Positions 31,856-42,881 are shown, counted from the first letter of the stretch. The stretch is 64,000 bases of DNA from Candidatus Binatia bacterium (GCA_038245295.1 JBBRSP010000018.1:1-64000); one strand, 5' to 3'. Made by a program: numbers and translations. Notes: generated from the sequence alone by a model not told the origin.

Positions 31856-31990
31856 AATACTCGCCGGGTCCAGCGCCGTGGCGCCCTGGACGAACGAGAC
31901 CGGGCGCAGCCAGCGGTACGGGATGTAGACATAACCACCGTCGCCCCAGCACCTGCCCCAGGAATTGCGGCCGATGAAGTATCCACCATT
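31856..31990 (-). pseudogene. C-terminal fragment of a papain-like C1 peptidase
   Basis: GGYFIGRNSWGRCWGDGGYVYIPY matches the NSWG..WG..GY signature; no upstream catalytic Cys/His region. Confidence 0.65.
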
Positions 31991-32215
31991 GTCGCCCTTC
32001 GGCGCATACGGTCCCGCATCGTCCGGAGGCGCGCTGGGCACGATCCTGGCGATGTCGTCGTTCTCGATGTGGCTGACAATGTCGATGGCGGTGGATGGCG
32101 TGTGATCCGTACCGACCTGGTTTTCAACCGTGTATTTCAAGGGGCGCAGGCTTTGGGCTGCGTGCGGCTTTGAGGGGCTTGTGGATGAAAGAATTGCACG
32201 CGAGCCGGGTGGGTC

Positions 32216-34027
32216 CTATTTCTCCCCCATCAGAAGACGCGACAGCAGGCGTGCCGAACGGCGGAAGGTCCAACGCAATGACTCGTCGCGCGATAGCCGG
32301 GCACCTTCCGAGTGGTGCTCGAGGGTGACCTTGCGGGTGTGAAACGCCTCGAGCTCGGGGCGATGGCCGACGCTGACGATGGTGGCATCGGCCAGGCGTT
32401 CGAGGATGAGTTTCATCAGATACTCCTGGCTGGCGGAATCGAGCGCCGCGGTCGCCTCGTCCATGACAATGATGTCGGGGCGCTGCAGCAGCAAGCGGGC
32501 AAATCCGAGGCGTTGTTTCTCGCCGCCCGAGAGGATGTCTTCCCAGCCCGTGTCCTCGTCGATCCGCTCGGCAAAATGGCCGAGGCCGACCTCTTCGAGA
32601 GTCGCGCGCACCAGGGCCTCGTCGACCTGGTCGGCAGCAACCGGATACGTCACGGCACGCCGCAGAGTACCCAGCGGGATGTACGGTTGCTGTGGCAAGA
32701 AGGCGAGCCGGGCCTTTGTCTGCAGCTGGATCTCTCCCTCGCCCCACGGCCAGAGTCCGGAAATCGCCCGCACCAGGGTACTCTTGCCGGTGCCGGAGGC
32801 GCCGACGACCAGCACCTTTTCACCGGCATGGATGTCGATATCCGCTTCGTTCACGACAACGCTGCCATCGTCGAGAGTGACCCCAAGGCCATGCAAGCGC
32901 AGCGCCGGGCCATCCGCCTCGGTGCGCGTGATTCGTCCGGTGCTCTCCTTGTCGGCGCGCTCCAGGCGGTCGATCGACGCCAGAAGAGACGCGACGCGAC
33001 GTGCCGAGGCGGTCCAATCGGCCAGCCGCGGGTAGTTGTCGACCAACCAGTTGAACGCCGTTTGCACCGTGACGAACGCCGACGATGCCTGCATGACTTC
33101 GCCCAGGCTCATCTCGCCGGCGACATACTTGGGCGCACACAGAAGCAGCGGAATGACGGGAACGAAACCGGAGCTGACCTGCGATACGGTTACGGTGCGC
33201 AAATACTGACCGAGAATCTCGCGCCAGCGTTTGAGGACATTGCCGAAGGCGGCGTCGAGTCCGGCGCGCTCCTCGGCCTCGCCACCAAGCAAAGCAATAC
33301 TCTCGCCGTTCTCGCGCAAACGAGTCAGGGCGTAGCGATAATGCGCCTCGGCCTGGTTCTTCTTCTCGGAGACGGCAACGAAGCGGCGCCCGAAGATCGC
33401 CATCGAGCCGCTGGCAAGCACGGCGTAGAGAACCGCGGCGATCACCAGGAAGCCGGGGATCTCGAGTGTTGTCGCACCGAGCTTCACCGACAACGTGCCG
33501 CCGATGAACCACAGCACGCCGACGAAGGTGACGGCCGTCAAAATGGCGGACAGGATCCCCGAGGCAAAGTCGACCGGCGCTTCGCACGCAATGCGCAGGT
33601 CTTCAGCGATACGATACTCGGGGTTCTGGTGATCCCCGGCGACCAGGTTGAGTTGGTAGTAGCGGCCGTTGCTGAGCCAGCGATCGAGCACGTGCGCATT
33701 GAGCCAGGCGCGCCAGCGGCGCTGCGTTGTCAAACGCAGATAGGTTGCCACCGCCGCAACGAGAACCACCAGAGCGGTCAACCCGATGTAGACGACCGAC
33801 TGCAACAACAGCGTTGTCGCATCCTTCTTGTCGAGTGCGTCGAACATGGTGCGGTACCAGACATTGATCCGGTACTGCACCGCGAGATTCACGAAGGCTA
33901 TGCCGATGGAAGCAATGGTAAGCAGCCACGCCACCCACCCCGTCCCTTTGCGCCAGAAGCCCAGAGCCGCTTCCCAGAAAGTCGCGAGCAAATAACGATT
34001 TGAGGGTGCATCGGTGACGGCGGCCAT
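32216..34027 (-). CDS. ABCD-like (YddA/BclA-type) ABC transporter permease/ATPase
   Basis: NPEYRIAED, EA.YRY.L.RLRENGESIA, GASGTGKS, LPQQPYIP.GTLR, LSGGEKQR, MDEATAALD, SVGHR. Confidence 0.92.
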   Translation of the reverse strand: MAAVTDAPSNRYLLATFWEAALGFWRKGTGWVAWLLTIASIGIAFVNLAVQYRINVWYRTMFDALDKKDATTLLLQSVVYIGLTALVVLVAAVATYLRLTTQRRWRAWLNAHVLDRWLSNGRYYQLNLVAGDHQNPEYRIAEDLRIACEAPVDFASGILSAILTAVTFVGVLWFIGGTLSVKLGATTLEIPGFLVIAAVLYAVLASGSMAIFGRRFVAVSEKKNQAEAHYRYALTRLRENGESIALLGGEAEERAGLDAAFGNVLKRWREILGQYLRTVTVSQVSSGFVPVIPLLLCAPKYVAGEMSLGEVMQASSAFVTVQTAFNWLVDNYPRLADWTASARRVASLLASIDRLERADKESTGRITRTEADGPALRLHGLGVTLDDGSVVVNEADIDIHAGEKVLVVGASGTGKSTLVRAISGLWPWGEGEIQLQTKARLAFLPQQPYIPLGTLRRAVTYPVAADQVDEALVRATLEEVGLGHFAERIDEDTGWEDILSGGEKQRLGFARLLLQRPDIIVMDEATAALDSASQEYLMKLILERLADATIVSVGHRPELEAFHTRKVTLEHHSEGARLSRDESLRWTFRRSARLLSRLLMGEK

Positions 34028-34240
34028 TGGTCTTACTTGTCACCCGTATTCCCGGGGGACCGCAAGACTCTAAGATCATCACGCTTCAAACGACGTGCAG
34101 CCGAGAAATCGAACCTCGGGCCGGTGTGTCGTCGAGCTTCGACCGGCCCGACGACACACACGGCTCCAAGTCCGGCCCGACTCGCTATGCGGCCTTGGCC
34201 GACGCCAACGCATGAACGTCTGCCGCTCCTCGCGCGGCTC

Positions 34241-34482
34241 TTCACGGCACTGGAGATCCAGATTCCGTTGCATGAGGCGCACATGGCACGCCTGACCGCG
34301 CCGGAGAACCTCGACGCGTGGTCAGCCTACCACCTCGGTCTCCAGCACATGTTCCGCTTCAACAAAACGGACAACACCGCCGCCGGACAACTCTTCGACC
34401 GAGCGACGGAGTTGGATCCACGCTTCGCACGCGCCTTCGCCGGCCGGTCCTTCGTCCATTTCCAGAACGCCTTCCTCCGCTA
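34241..34482 (+). pseudogene. TPR regulator remnant, middle part
   Basis: ALEIQIPLHEA..ENLDAWSAYHLGLQHMFRFN..LDPRFARA.AG.SF.HFQNAFLRY, typical of wHTH-TolB-TPR regulators; no start. Confidence 0.75.
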
Positions 34483-34510
34483 TCGTCACCCGGGTGGCAT
34501 GGATATCCGT

Positions 34511-35058
34511 GCTGTCGGAACCCCGGATCTAGAAACGGGAAGGCGCGGAAGAAATCCGCCTGCGTCAAGTCCGGCCTCCGATCGCGTACGTTCGCTGCCC
34601 AAGCATTCGCGCGCTCCGTGTCGCCGTTCAGCGAGTGGGCAACGATGGCGATGACGGCGATGAGGACGTGGGCCCCGGGTGAGCGGGCGGCGCGCTCCGC
34701 CCATCGCGCCGCCTCGGCGTCTTCGCTGCACATCATGTGCGAAAGGGCGCGTGTGGCGGTCATCGCGTAGTGGAGGGGGTCGAGCGGACTGAGTGCCATC
34801 GCCAGGTCGACGTCGGCGCGCCCTTCCATGCCGCGACCGGAGAGCGCGTGGGTCCAGGCGCGCGCGTAGATGCCCTGGGCATAGTTCGGGCTGATCGACG
34901 TCGAACGGTCGAGCCAGGCCCCGCTGCCGTCGAGATCGCCCTCGAGCCAGAAACTGCGGCCCATCGTGAAATTCACGAAGGGGTCCAGCACGTCGAATTC
35001 GACCGCGCGCTCGGCCCAGCGACGCGCCAGCAGCACCTCGGTAGCCAGATCGCTCGAG
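34511..35058 (-). pseudogene. TPR regulator remnant, C-terminal part (inverted)
   Basis: ARRWAERAVEFD.LDPF.NFTMGR, SPNYAQGIYARAW, LSPLDPLHYAM, FFRAFPF; appears to continue the + strand remnant. Confidence 0.75.
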
Positions 35059-35403
35059 TCTCCGCCGCCCTGATACGCTTCGGGATCTGACCCACCCGTG
35101 CAGTTGTGTGCGTGGCCGAGGGCACGCACGCCAACCGTGGTAGGGCAAGCTGGGCTCGATCGTCCTTGCGGCCTATGATCCCCGTGTACGAGAGGAGTCC
35201 TATGCAACTTCCTGGCAAACGCCCCTTCCAACGGGCGCTTCTGATTCTCAGCTTTGTCGCGATGAGTGCAGGCACAGACAGTTCAGCCACCGGCCGTGCT
35301 CTTCGAAGATGTTTGAATCTTCAAAGACGCTCGCTGGCCCGAAGCGGCGCTCGGGGTTCCGCCTTCGAACGATGGTAGGTCGGCTGTCATCCGCTCCACC
35401 CTG

Positions 35404-36228
35404 TCAACTCTCCACATCCGGCAAGGCGCGAATCTGTTGTGTCAGCACGCGCAGCAGCCCGTCTGGATCCTCCGCGTGGACCCAATGATCCGTGGGCAGC
35501 GTAGCAACGGTGACACGTGGCTGACGCCCCGCAACGGCATTGGCGCGCTCGCGGTCGGCCCGTGAGTAGGAGGTCGAACGCTCGCCGATGACAAGGTGCA
35601 CGCGCGTGTCTCCCGGCGGATTCTCGACGAGTGGCCACTGGTCGAGCGCGAAGTAGTCGAGCAGCAATGCCTCGATCTCCGCGTGGTCGAGCGCGAAGCG
35701 AATACCCTCCGGCGTGCTTTCCGTGCTGAGTGCGAGCCACTGGGCGACACGGCTACCGTGTTTCGCGCTGAGCTCGCGGACGAACGCCGCCCTGTTTGGA
35801 AACACCGGCCCGAGCGACGCGACCGTCGCCAGCACCGCGAGAGCGCTATCGGCGTCGCGCAAGGGCTCGCGCGGGCCGGGCATCGTGTCGATCATGACAA
35901 CGTCTCCGAGAACTACCTTGTGCGCCAAAGCCAGCGCCACCTTGCCACCGAAGCTGTGACCCACGGCCGCAACGGCATGGGCATCGCGGGCGAGCCGCGC
36001 CACATCCTCGGCGCAGGCATCCACCGAAGGGTCAGGCGAGTGTTTGGGCGAATGCCCATGCCCGCGCAAATCAACAAGGCAGGCAGTGAGCTCCGGCCGC
36101 GCCTCGACCAGTCGCCGCGCGATGGCGCGCAGATTTTGTCCGCTACCGAGAATCCCATGGAGGAAGAGAACAACTCGATCGCCGCGCCTAGCGCCGATGC
36201 GTTCCGAATAGAGATCGATGCCGCTCAT
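35404..36228 (-). CDS. Alpha/beta hydrolase (YbfF-like esterase)
   Basis: LHGILGSG, VDLRGHG.S, GHSFGG, HWVHAEDP. Confidence 0.9.
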   Translation of the reverse strand: MSGIDLYSERIGARRGDRVVLFLHGILGSGQNLRAIARRLVEARPELTACLVDLRGHGHSPKHSPDPSVDACAEDVARLARDAHAVAAVGHSFGGKVALALAHKVVLGDVVMIDTMPGPREPLRDADSALAVLATVASLGPVFPNRAAFVRELSAKHGSRVAQWLALSTESTPEGIRFALDHAEIEALLLDYFALDQWPLVENPPGDTRVHLVIGERSTSYSRADRERANAVAGRQPRVTVATLPTDHWVHAEDPDGLLRVLTQQIRALPDVES

Positions 36229-36306
36229 CGCGGCGGCGTCCTTAGCACGTCATCCAGAGCGGCTCTCATCCGCCGGCCAAACTTACGGATGACGAGCCGA
36301 ACCGCC

Positions 36307-37554
36307 CTAAGGCGCCAACGTGGCGAACAGGAGCCGGACCGTGTGTGTGATGCCCTCGGTTACCACGAGGTCGGTGAGGCCGTCGTTGTTGAAGTCACCG
36401 GCGGCAAGCGCTGTGGGACGGCCCGGCGTCGTCAGGCGGCCTTGCTGCTCGAATCGACCGTCACCCGCACCGGCATAGTACTGCACCATTCCGCGTGTGC
36501 TGCTGCCGCGCACGACGCCGCGCATCGCGATCGCCAGATCGGTGAGACCGTCACCGTTGAAATCACCGGCGGCGAGGGCCACGGGAGTACAGCGTGCTGG
36601 GATGCCACGACGACCGAGGGGGCATTGGACGCGCACCGCAGGCAGCTGATCGAAGCCACCCGTCGCGACAACTTTACCGGCCTGGATCTCCGTACGGTTC
36701 TGCAGCAGCGAGACACTGAAGTCGCCGCCGCGGGTTGCCCTGCCGGCGTTCAAGACCATGATGTCGGGAAAACCATCCTTGTTGAAATCGGTGATGGCTA
36801 CCGCGCTCGCCTTGGCGCCGACCACGTAGGCGTCGGCCGGCTGCGTGAAGCCACACGCGCCTTTGCCAAACAGGATCGACACATCGCGCACGGGACGCGT
36901 GATCGAGTTCACCGTCACCAGGTCGGGATTTCCGTCACGATTGAAATCGGCGCTGGCAATACGAATGGGCCGGCGTCCGACCCCGGCGCTGGTGCCCGAC
37001 GATCCAAACCCCTGGTTGGCGCCGCGGTTCTTCAGGCAGGTGACATGATTGGTGCCGCGGATGGCCGTGACCACATCAGCGCCGGTGCCGACGTCGAAGG
37101 CGCCGAGGACGGCGCCCACCGGCCGACCACTGACATTCTGAATCTTGAGGGCACCGAAGGTGCCGGGGCACACATTGCCGATGAGGCGATCGCCAAAACT
37201 GTAGGCGATTTGCGACGGCCCAAAGTGGGTCGTCAAAATATCCGGGCAACCATCGGCGTTGATGTCGTCCACTGAGATGCTGCGCAACGAATTGGCCGTC
37301 CCCACCGTCAACACTGAAGTAAAATTCTCGGTCGGTCCGCCGGTGAGAATGGTCACACGCTGACTGGCGCTACTGCCTACCAAGGCATCGTCGAACCCGT
37401 CCTTGTTTACGTCGGCAACGGTCACGACCAGCGGCGTGTGCGTCACGGTGTACGGCGTTCCGGGAAAAAAGCTGATAGTCGGTTGTGCCCCAGCCACACC
37501 GACAAGGGCAGCAACCGCAAACAAAGAGCCAAGTGCAACTGAGTTCTGTCGCAT
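36307..37554 (-). CDS. Secreted FG-GAP/VCBS repeat beta-propeller protein
   Basis: GGAGGA RBS, signal peptide, seven D-F/V/I-N-x-D-G-x-x-D-like repeats. Confidence 0.9.
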   Translation of the reverse strand: MRQNSVALGSLFAVAALVGVAGAQPTISFFPGTPYTVTHTPLVVTVADVNKDGFDDALVGSSASQRVTILTGGPTENFTSVLTVGTANSLRSISVDDINADGCPDILTTHFGPSQIAYSFGDRLIGNVCPGTFGALKIQNVSGRPVGAVLGAFDVGTGADVVTAIRGTNHVTCLKNRGANQGFGSSGTSAGVGRRPIRIASADFNRDGNPDLVTVNSITRPVRDVSILFGKGACGFTQPADAYVVGAKASAVAITDFNKDGFPDIMVLNAGRATRGGDFSVSLLQNRTEIQAGKVVATGGFDQLPAVRVQCPLGRRGIPARCTPVALAAGDFNGDGLTDLAIAMRGVVRGSSTRGMVQYYAGAGDGRFEQQGRLTTPGRPTALAAGDFNNDGLTDLVVTEGITHTVRLLFATLAP

Positions 37555-37949
37555 GGATTCCTCCCAACCGCACTTTTTCCTGATCTCGTGGATCGCCAAG
37601 CCAGCCCGCCTGCGTCCCCCTGCGCCCGTTGTCCCACAATTGGCGCACTTGTCAAATTTTCAGTGCCCCCTCCCCTACTGCATCAATCGGGATTCGCCTC
37701 GCGGTCCGGGAGTGGCGCGCTCCGATTAGAGAGCATCGGCGGGCGTGGATCCCAAATTGAGACACTACCGAGTATTCTCCAGAAGCGGGCTCACGCGCCG
37801 CCGCGGAGAAATGATCGGGAAAGGAGCACAGATCAGAGGGAAAGCGCCGAGGGAGAGCGCGCGGCTGTTTTTCTTGTCGCTAGCGCCCCAACCTCCGCCG
37901 CTCCGTGCCGCCGCGTAAACGGCGTTGCGTCCAAGACAACTGGCGCGGT

Positions 37950-38201
37950 TCAGACGGCGGCCGCCAACTTCCCCTTCGACTGGCGATTGTGACGCGCAAG
38001 GGCAAACAGACTGTTGGCTGCCTCAACTACGGCCTGGGCACCACCGGGGGCAAACCAGACGTCGCCGCAGCGATTGCAGACGAGGGCGCGTATTCCCGCA
38101 ACCGAAACCCGTAGGCCTCCACGCTCAAACTCTTGCTTGATGACCCGCGTACGCATGCGACCGCCACATCCCGAGCATGCGGCCGGTGAGGATTCCTTCA
38201 C
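37950..38201 (-). CDS. YgiT/MqsA-type zinc-finger protein (putative antitoxin)
   Basis: CSGCGG..ALVCNRCGD.W; the GTG start overlaps the upstream stop (GTGA). Confidence 0.8.
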   Translation of the reverse strand: MKESSPAACSGCGGRMRTRVIKQEFERGGLRVSVAGIRALVCNRCGDVWFAPGGAQAVVEAANSLFALARHNRQSKGKLAAAV

Positions 38202-38542
38202 TTTCGATTTCCCCGCCGCGTCGGCGTTAGCCACCACGGCCGCTGCGGGACGTACGCGGTTACGATGTCCACCACCGTTTCGTTCGTCAGATCGCACAAT
38301 ACATGTAAAGCACACGCCGCCGTTGCCGAGAAGCGGAACCTTCCAAGGACAAGGTATCGGTGTTCATCTTCGTAGCCCTCGAGCACGCGAATGCGACCGG
38401 TCAGTGCCTCGAGTAGCTGGTGCTCATCGAATCCTTCCTCGATCATGTGGCGCACAGTGTGGAGACCAACCCGATAAGAGTTCGCATCGGCAAGCCGCCT
38501 GACACGATCAACGATTGCCTCCGCAGCCGGAACCGTGGCCAT
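38198..38542 (-). CDS. DUF4258 (RelE/BrnT-like) putative toxin
   Basis: H..RHM.E, LEGYED..RYLVLG, LHV.C, IVTAYVP..W; coupled to the zinc-finger gene. Confidence 0.8.
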   Translation of the reverse strand: MATVPAAEAIVDRVRRLADANSYRVGLHTVRHMIEEGFDEHQLLEALTGRIRVLEGYEDEHRYLVLGRFRFSATAACALHVLCDLTNETVVDIVTAYVPQRPWWLTPTRRGNRK

Positions 38543-38904
38543 CGAACCGGAACATCACCTTTGCCGCGCGCCCATCGCGGCGACAATCTGGCTTCCGCAC
38601 AATTGGAACATCGAGTCGCCGAACACGCGCATACTCGCCATACTGCGGAAGCGCCAGAGTTACTCAATGACTGCAGCGCATCGATGCAGCGAACCCTCAT
38701 CACCCGAAAGCCGCGTCCATGGCTCATCAGCCGGCGCCGGCGGGCTGGAAGTTGTGCGAATTATGCCCGCGCGTCCCCTTCCGGCCTGCGTCGAGCCGGT
38801 TGCCCTCGGACGCGTAACTATGCGACTCTGCACGGACGATTTTGGGGCCGAGAGAACTGGGCCGCTGGTTTTTAGGCCGGCAACGCGCACAAGGGGGACA
38901 TCGA

Positions 38905-41878
38905 TTGGCATCGTTCGCACGTGGTTGTCGGCAAGTCGTCGCACTTGGCTTGATGTCGATCGTCGCCACGCCGGCGGCGAGCGCGGTCAGCATCATCGGG
39001 GGCTCAGCGATCGGGTACACCAGCGACACGGTCAGTTTTGCCGTGATCCTGAGCACAGGTGGGCGCAGAGGTCGCGGGGACGCAGAACGACCTGACCTTT
39101 GACCCGAGTACGCCGATTACCCGCAAGGCCAATGGTAAGCCTGACTGTACCGTGAACGCAGATATCGATAAGGGCGCTACGTCATTCGCGTTCCGCCCAA
39201 ACGCTTGTAGCGCAGACACCTGTACTTCGGTGCGCGCCCTGGTCTTGTCCACCGACAATGTTGACCCAATCCTCGATGGGGCGGTCCTCTATACATGCAG
39301 GGCAACGATCAGTGGGACCGCGAAGGCCGGTGACAAGGCGTTAGTGCTGTCCGGATTGATTGCCAACGACCCCACCGGTTCGCGAGTTGACCCCACCACC
39401 GGCATGAACGGCTACATCACCGTCGAGAGCGCGAACCCAACGATAGAAGCGGGCTCAGCGACCGGCAACCCTGGCGACACGATCCCCATCTCCGTGACCC
39501 TGCACACGACGGGCGCGCAGATCGCGGGAACCCAGAACGACATCACCTTCGACCCCACCACACCGATTATCGCCAAGGCGAACGGTAAACCCGACTGCAC
39601 GGTGAATCCGGACATTAACAAGACTGGCTCGTCATTCGCATTTCGCCCCAACGCGTGTACACCAGGGACGTGCACCTCGGTTCGAGCTTTGCTGTTGTCG
39701 ACCGAGAATATGGATCCAATCGTCGATGGATCGGTCCTCTACACTTGCAACGTGGCGATCAGTGAGACCGCTACCCCAGGCGACAAGCGTTTGACGATCT
39801 CGGGCGCGATTGCGAGTGATGCCACTGGCACACGCTTGGATGGCACCAGCGGCGTGGACGGCACCGTAACCGTCACGGATGGGCGGTGCGGCGATGGCGT
39901 GGTGGATAGCGAAATCGGCGAAGAGTGTGACGACGGTGGGATCTGTATCGGCGGCGCAAATGCCGGCACGATGTGCACCGGAGAGGGCACATGCCTCGGC
40001 AATGGCGTCTGTGCCGACGGCGTCAAGATTGGCAGCGCGTGTGGGGCGGATGCCGATTGCGGCAACGGCGTGAAGTGCCAGCACTGTAAACCATTGGGTG
40101 GCGACGGTTGCGCCGCCAATTGCACCTACGAGCGCAATATTCGGACAACGCTCGTTCCTGGGCGGGTCGTCGGCCTGGGAATTCAAGACGGAACCTCGGG
40201 CGCCGTGATCCACGGTGACGTGTTGACGATTCCACTCGCGGTGATCGGCACGCAAACAATCACTCTCGGAAGCCCGCGTTCCAATGACCCGACCAAGCGT
40301 ATCCCCTACATCATCAAGGCAGCCAGCGCTCAGTTCCCGAAGATCGCCGTGAGCACTCTGGCTTGTGCCTGCCTGCGTGCTGTGGAGTACAAAACTTGCG
40401 GCGGCACCCTCTTCGAGCCCGACGGAAGGTCCAGTGTGAGCTGCACGCCTGGATTCAGCGGCCAGGCGACGTGTCCGTCCGACAAACCGTGCACCTCCGT
40501 CCACGGTGCGGGCAACTCGGCGACAGGCTTCATCAGCTGCGGTCCCCAGGGTCTCGATGGCGTCGACGTGCTCTTGACGCAGGACTCCGGAGGCGAATCT
40601 GGAATCGGAGGCCCCGTGCACATTGCAGCGGGTGGTCATGGTCCGCCCGGCTCAGCCCTTGTCCTGAACAGCACCGCGATAGGTACGCATGTTGGTTCCT
40701 GTCCCGCGTCGTTCTGCAACGACAACGACATGCTTTCCGAGCGTGGCGCTGCGTCGACCCTGCCGTCCACAACAGGCACGGCGTCGGCTGTGGTGTTCAA
40801 TGCCAATGGTCAGGACGGCGTGGACATTGTCGATCCGGGTAGCGGCGACCTTTACCACTCGATCGGTACGCCGGCGAATTGCGCCAACCTGCTCGCGACG
40901 CCGCCAAATCTATCCGGCTATGCGATCGCTGGGGCCTACCCGTCGCTCGGGCTGAACACCGTCGGCGACATTGTCGTAACCAACAACTTCGTTACCGAAT
41001 TCTCCGTCAGCGCGCCGACCTCAACGGTGACACAAACTCGAACACGCACGCCGACGCGCACTTCGACGCGCACGGCGACGGCAACAAGCACGCCGACCCG
41101 GACTCCCACCAGCACGCCGACGCCGACGCAAACCAGGACAAATAGCCCAACCAACACACCCACCGAGACGGCAACCGAAACACCGACACCGACCGTCACA
41201 GACACCCCGACGGCCACCGTAACCGCGACGCAAACCGCGACGGCCACACCAACACCGACGACGACGAACACCCCGCGGGTCGTTCACCTCGACATCGGTT
41301 CAGGCGTCGGTGCGCCCGGCGATGCGGTAAACGTCACAATTGCGTTGGCGACGTCTGGCCTCACGGTAGCCGCGACGGCCAACGACATCGGCTTTGACGC
41401 GCAGGCTCTGCATCTGGATCCGGCAACGTGTCGCCTCGAAAAGTCACTTTCCAACACGCTACTCGCCAGCATCCCGCAGGCAGGGCTCGCCCGGGTATTC
41501 GTTCAGGCTGGCCCAGACAAGGCGCCGATCCCTGACGGCGCGCTTTATACGTGCACGTTCCGCGTATCGCCATCAGCACTGCCGGGCAGCTACGCGCTCA
41601 CCAACGGCAACACCTTGGCGTTCAGCCCACTAAGTACGACGCTCGCACCAGTGGTGGGCGCCAATGGAGCCGTCACCGTGTCGCTCCTCACCAGGGCATG
41701 CGCCGGCGACTGCAACGCCAACCTCAGTGTCACGATCGATGAGCTGGTCATCGGTGTAAACATGGCCCTCGGCAACCGACCGGTGACAGCGTGTTTGCAG
41801 TTCGATGGCAACAACGACGGCATGGTGACCATCGACGAACTCCTAGCAGCCGTGAACCGCACGTTGGCGGGCTGCTAA
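38905..41878 (+). CDS. Secreted scaffold with three cohesin-like domains, a Cys-rich region, a Thr/Pro linker and a dockerin-like C-terminus; +1 frameshift near 39062
   Basis: TTG after AAGGGGG gives a signal peptide and a first strand homologous to cohesin repeat 2. An extra G in GGTGGGCGCA shifts into the 939-aa ORF. Motifs AGTQND.TFD / IPDG.LYTC x3, (TP)n, GDCN....VTIDEL..VN / D.N.DG.VTIDEL..AVN. Confidence 0.8.
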
Positions 41879-42046
41879 TGGACGTGGGGCCGGCAACTTG
41901 TCCGGTAGCGACCGTACGATGTCCCATCTCGTGCCCACACCACCCGCCCCGCCGACCCTCGATACGGTGAACTGTCGTCGCGTCGCCGTTTCAGATCGCC
42001 AGGACGCATGGTGACGGAGTCGACCGAATCGTCGGGGAGAGTGCCT

Positions 42047-42881
42047 ATGCCGATCATGTTCAACACAATTCTGGCCGCCAATGGATTCACACCTTCCGAT
42101 GTTCGATTGCTCCGGCATCAAGACACGCGATCGGCAAAAGGGCGCAGCCCCTACGAGCTGTGGCGCGACGACACACCGGAATTCGAGCGCTACCAATCGA
42201 TGCAGGGCGAGAACAAGCGCACCGCGCTCAGTGCGAAGTACTGGGCGTCGTTTGTCGGCACGCCCAGCGGCAGCACTCTCTTCGTCGGCATGTACTCGGC
42301 GACATACCAGGGGCTCCTGCAGCACGACACACCGAAGGTCCAAATGCCTGGCACGGAGAAAGCCGGCTCCTTGGACGTCTACGCTCTCACCCGGCGGGAC
42401 GAGCTTTCTGACCTGATCGGTAAGCTCTCCATCGCCTGGGGCGCCGGCGCACGGTCATGGATCCAGCGCGCAGACAAACGGGAGAAACCCGTCGTTGAGC
42501 TCCGCCCTGAGTTCAAAGAGCCCGAGTTCCCCGGCTTTCTCTTCTTCATCAAGCAGCTGTCCGAACTGCAGAAGCTGCCGCCGAGCTGGCAGGCGGTGCT
42601 GAGCAGCTCCGGCGGCCGTCTACCTCCTGACTTGCCCGAGGACCAAGGAACAGTACGTCGGATCCGCCACGGGTGAGGAAGGCTTCTGGCAACGCTGGTG
42701 CTCGTACACCGCCGATGGCCACGGCTCGAATGTCGGCCTGAAGTCTCGCGACCCCAGCGACTATCAGGTCTCCATCCTGGAAGTCGCCGGCACAGCCGCC
42801 TCGCGAGAAGAGATCATCCAGATGGAGACCCGGTGGAAGCACAAGCTCCAGAGCCGCGAGATGGGGCTCAATAAGAACTGA
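42047..42881 (+). CDS. GIY-YIG nuclease family protein with a +1 frameshift at ~42616
   Basis: Removing one C from GGCGGCCGTCTAC gives ..GGVYLLTCPRTKEQYVGSATG..GFWQRW..Y...GHG.N..SILE...E..WK.KL.SR..GLNKN*. Confidence 0.85.

Noticed and set aside
32312..34003. Long antisense ORFs (also 35596-37275, 46049-47731, 52607-54019, 48843-50087)
   Set aside because: Shadow ORFs opposite well-supported genes in high-GC DNA, with no recognisable motifs.
41010..41275. DNA tandem repeat array
   Set aside because: It is a Thr/Pro linker with varied codons inside the scaffold CDS.
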